Positions 37,457 through 38,075 of a stretch of DNA of 38,075 nt are shown in pieces. Each line of letters opens with the position of its first letter. Position 1 is the stretch's first letter. Source of the DNA: Verrucomicrobiales bacterium (lineage in GTDB: Bacteria; Verrucomicrobiota; Verrucomicrobiia; Methylacidiphilales; JAAUTS01). The stretch lies in the NCBI GenBank assembly GCA_031279715.1, contig JAITHY010000040.1, positions 1-38,075 of the forward strand, given 5' to 3'. The position numbers were made by a program, and so were the translations under genes. A model generated the notes under the pieces. It worked only from the letters and a program-made list of their open reading frames with translations, did no database searches and was not told the DNA's origin.

Positions 37457-37617
37457 CGTTGCGGCAAGCTGCCGGTCTGCGACCCTTTTTTTCAAAAACT
37501 CCTTGGCTAACGCGCCGAAAAAACAACCGCGATAAACCGCGCGCCCCGGTATTTCCCAATAAAAATATTTTTCAAAAAACCCTTGACGGGGCATGGTTTT
37601 TGTATAGTCTAAGCGGC

Positions 37618-38055
37618 CTATGGTGCAGAATACAATTCGCCAATTCGCCAATTCGCCAATTCGCCGTATGAGCCACCTCCGCCCAGTCCGCTCGTAAGGG
37701 GCGGAACTTTTTCCTTTTTCCAGCCCATTTCAACGACCCTTTTTACTCTTCCCAAGAGCGTTTTCAGCTTAATTGACACAACGGCAGAGACTTGCGCTGC
37801 CACTCCCAATTTTTCATCAGCCATTGATGAAGTTTCATCAGTCGTTGATGGAGTTCCATCAGTCGTTGATGGAGTTCCATCAGTCGTTGATGAAGTTCCA
37901 TCAGTCGTTGATGAAGTTTCATCAGTCGTTGATGGAGTTTCATCAGTCGTTGATGGAGTTCCATCAGTCGTTGATGAAGTTCCATCAGTCGTTGATGGAG
38001 TTTCATCAGCCGTTGATGGAGTTTCATCAGTCGTTGATGAAGTTCCATCAGTCAT
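37618..38055 (-). CDS. Candidate Thr/Ser/Asp-rich heptapeptide-repeat protein (TDGTSST/TDETPST)n; frame assignment uncertain
   Basis: Complete ATG-initiated 145-aa ORF in the track. Third codon positions in the repeat are mostly A/T (ACT GAT GGA ACT TCA TCA ACG), atypical for this GC-rich genome. The 3' part runs through the 8-bp repeat. Confidence 0.3.
   Translation of the reverse strand: MTDGTSSTTDETPSTADETPSTTDGTSSTTDGTPSTTDETPSTTDETSSTTDGTSSTTDGTPSTTDGTPSTTDETSSMADEKLGVAAQVSAVVSIKLKTLLGRVKRVVEMGWKKEKVPPLTSGLGGGGSYGELANWRIGELYSAP
37633..37664. repeat. Tandem octanucleotide repeat (CAATTCGC)x4
   Basis: Four perfect units at 37633, 37641, 37649 and 37657. The unit length is not a multiple of 3. 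Confidence 0.9.
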
Positions 38056-38075
38056 TAATAAAACCCCAACCGGAG
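37773..38075 (+). CDS. Alternative candidate: His/Leu heptad-repeat (HQSLMEF)n protein, open to the right window edge
   Basis: My own reading. The frame opens after TAA at 37770-37772, has a TTG at 37773, and has no stop through 38075, so it is not in the track. Repeat codons CAT CAG TCG TTG ATG GAG TTC have G/C at 6 of 7 third positions, matching the local codon style. No convincing RBS or ATG start. Confidence 0.3.
   Translation, partial: MTQRQRLALPLPIFHQPLMKFHQSLMEFHQSLMEFHQSLMKFHQSLMKFHQSLMEFHQSLMEFHQSLMKFHQSLMEFHQPLMEFHQSLMKFHQSLIKPQPE
37815..38055. repeat. 21-bp tandem repeat, 11 full units plus a partial one (consensus CATCAGTCGTTGATGGAGTTC)
   Basis: Units start at 37815, 37836, 37857 ... 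38025. Variation is confined to 3 positions (T/C, G/A, C/T). The repeat is contiguous with no spacers. Confidence 0.95.

Noticed and set aside
37461-37492. Possible intrinsic terminator after atpG (CGGCA-agc-TGCCG, GGTC-tgc-GACC, then T7)
   Set aside because: The stems are only 4-5 bp. The T-tract is suggestive, but the structure is too weak to call without an energy calculation or 3'-end data.
37815-38055. Possible CRISPR array, because of the regular short repeats
   Set aside because: The units are directly contiguous with no spacers. The 21-bp unit is shorter than CRISPR repeats, and no cas genes are nearby. It is a simple tandem repeat.
1-38075. Abundant word as an FtsK-orienting (KOPS) or Chi-like polar sequence
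   Set aside because: Those elements are strongly strand-skewed. Here the two orientations are almost equal (about 60 versus 54), and both occur within single genes. A whole-replichore analysis is still needed to exclude weak polarity.
1-38075. Abundant word as a by-product of preferred codons (GCG-CTG-ACC and similar)
   Set aside because: A rough codon-aware estimate gives on the order of 10-15 copies, not 114 or more. The word appears in several frames, antisense and at equal density in intergenic DNA. It often uses GCT for Ala. The 12-mer extension cannot be produced by codon bias.

Overview
GC-rich (about 60% by eye) bacterial chromosomal window, densely packed with about 33 mostly housekeeping genes. 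I recognised no rRNA, tRNA, CRISPR array, transposase or integrase. Gene content (mcsB-clpC, rodZ-like, HpnB-like GT2, stand-alone CHASE2) is compatible with a PVC/Verrucomicrobia-type organism, but that is a weak inference.

Gene order:
- Minus strand: proB (partial) with a yqjD/yqjE/yqjK-like trio.
- Plus strand: O-antigen-ligase-family protein, mcsB, clpC, ftsK, rodZ-like, pgsA, a membrane hypothetical, a sigma-70 factor, an NhaD/CitMHS-type permease.
- Minus strand: Zn-metallopeptidase, HpnB-like glycosyltransferase.
- Plus strand: hpt, pfk.
- Minus strand, tightly packed chain: mfd, surA-like, pdxA, a glutathionylspermidine-synthase-like ATP-grasp protein, a CHAP amidase.
- Minus strand: GTP-PEPCK, then an OMF-MFP-RND efflux operon with a divergent LysR regulator.
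- UDP-xylose synthase, CHASE2 protein, an isolated atpG, and a 21-bp tandem-repeat locus at the right edge.

Main finding: the strongest signal is not a gene. The 7-mer CGCTGAC / GTCAGCG, with extended forms CGCTGAC-N-GTGA and the palindrome CGCTGAC-N-GTCAGCG, is hyper-abundant. I logged at least 114 copies by eye against roughly 7 expected. It occurs on both strands, in several reading frames, and at equal density in coding and intergenic DNA. It sometimes appears as inverted pairs at gene ends. This behaviour resembles an uptake-signal or HIP1-like genomic word.

Secondary observations:
- a split glutathionylspermidine synthetase/amidase-like gene pair;
- mcsB-clpC without mcsA/ctsR, in a block almost free of the motif;
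- an orphan atpG;
- a very AT-rich island upstream of the sigma gene;
- adjacent 8-bp and 21-bp tandem repeats with an ambiguous coding frame.
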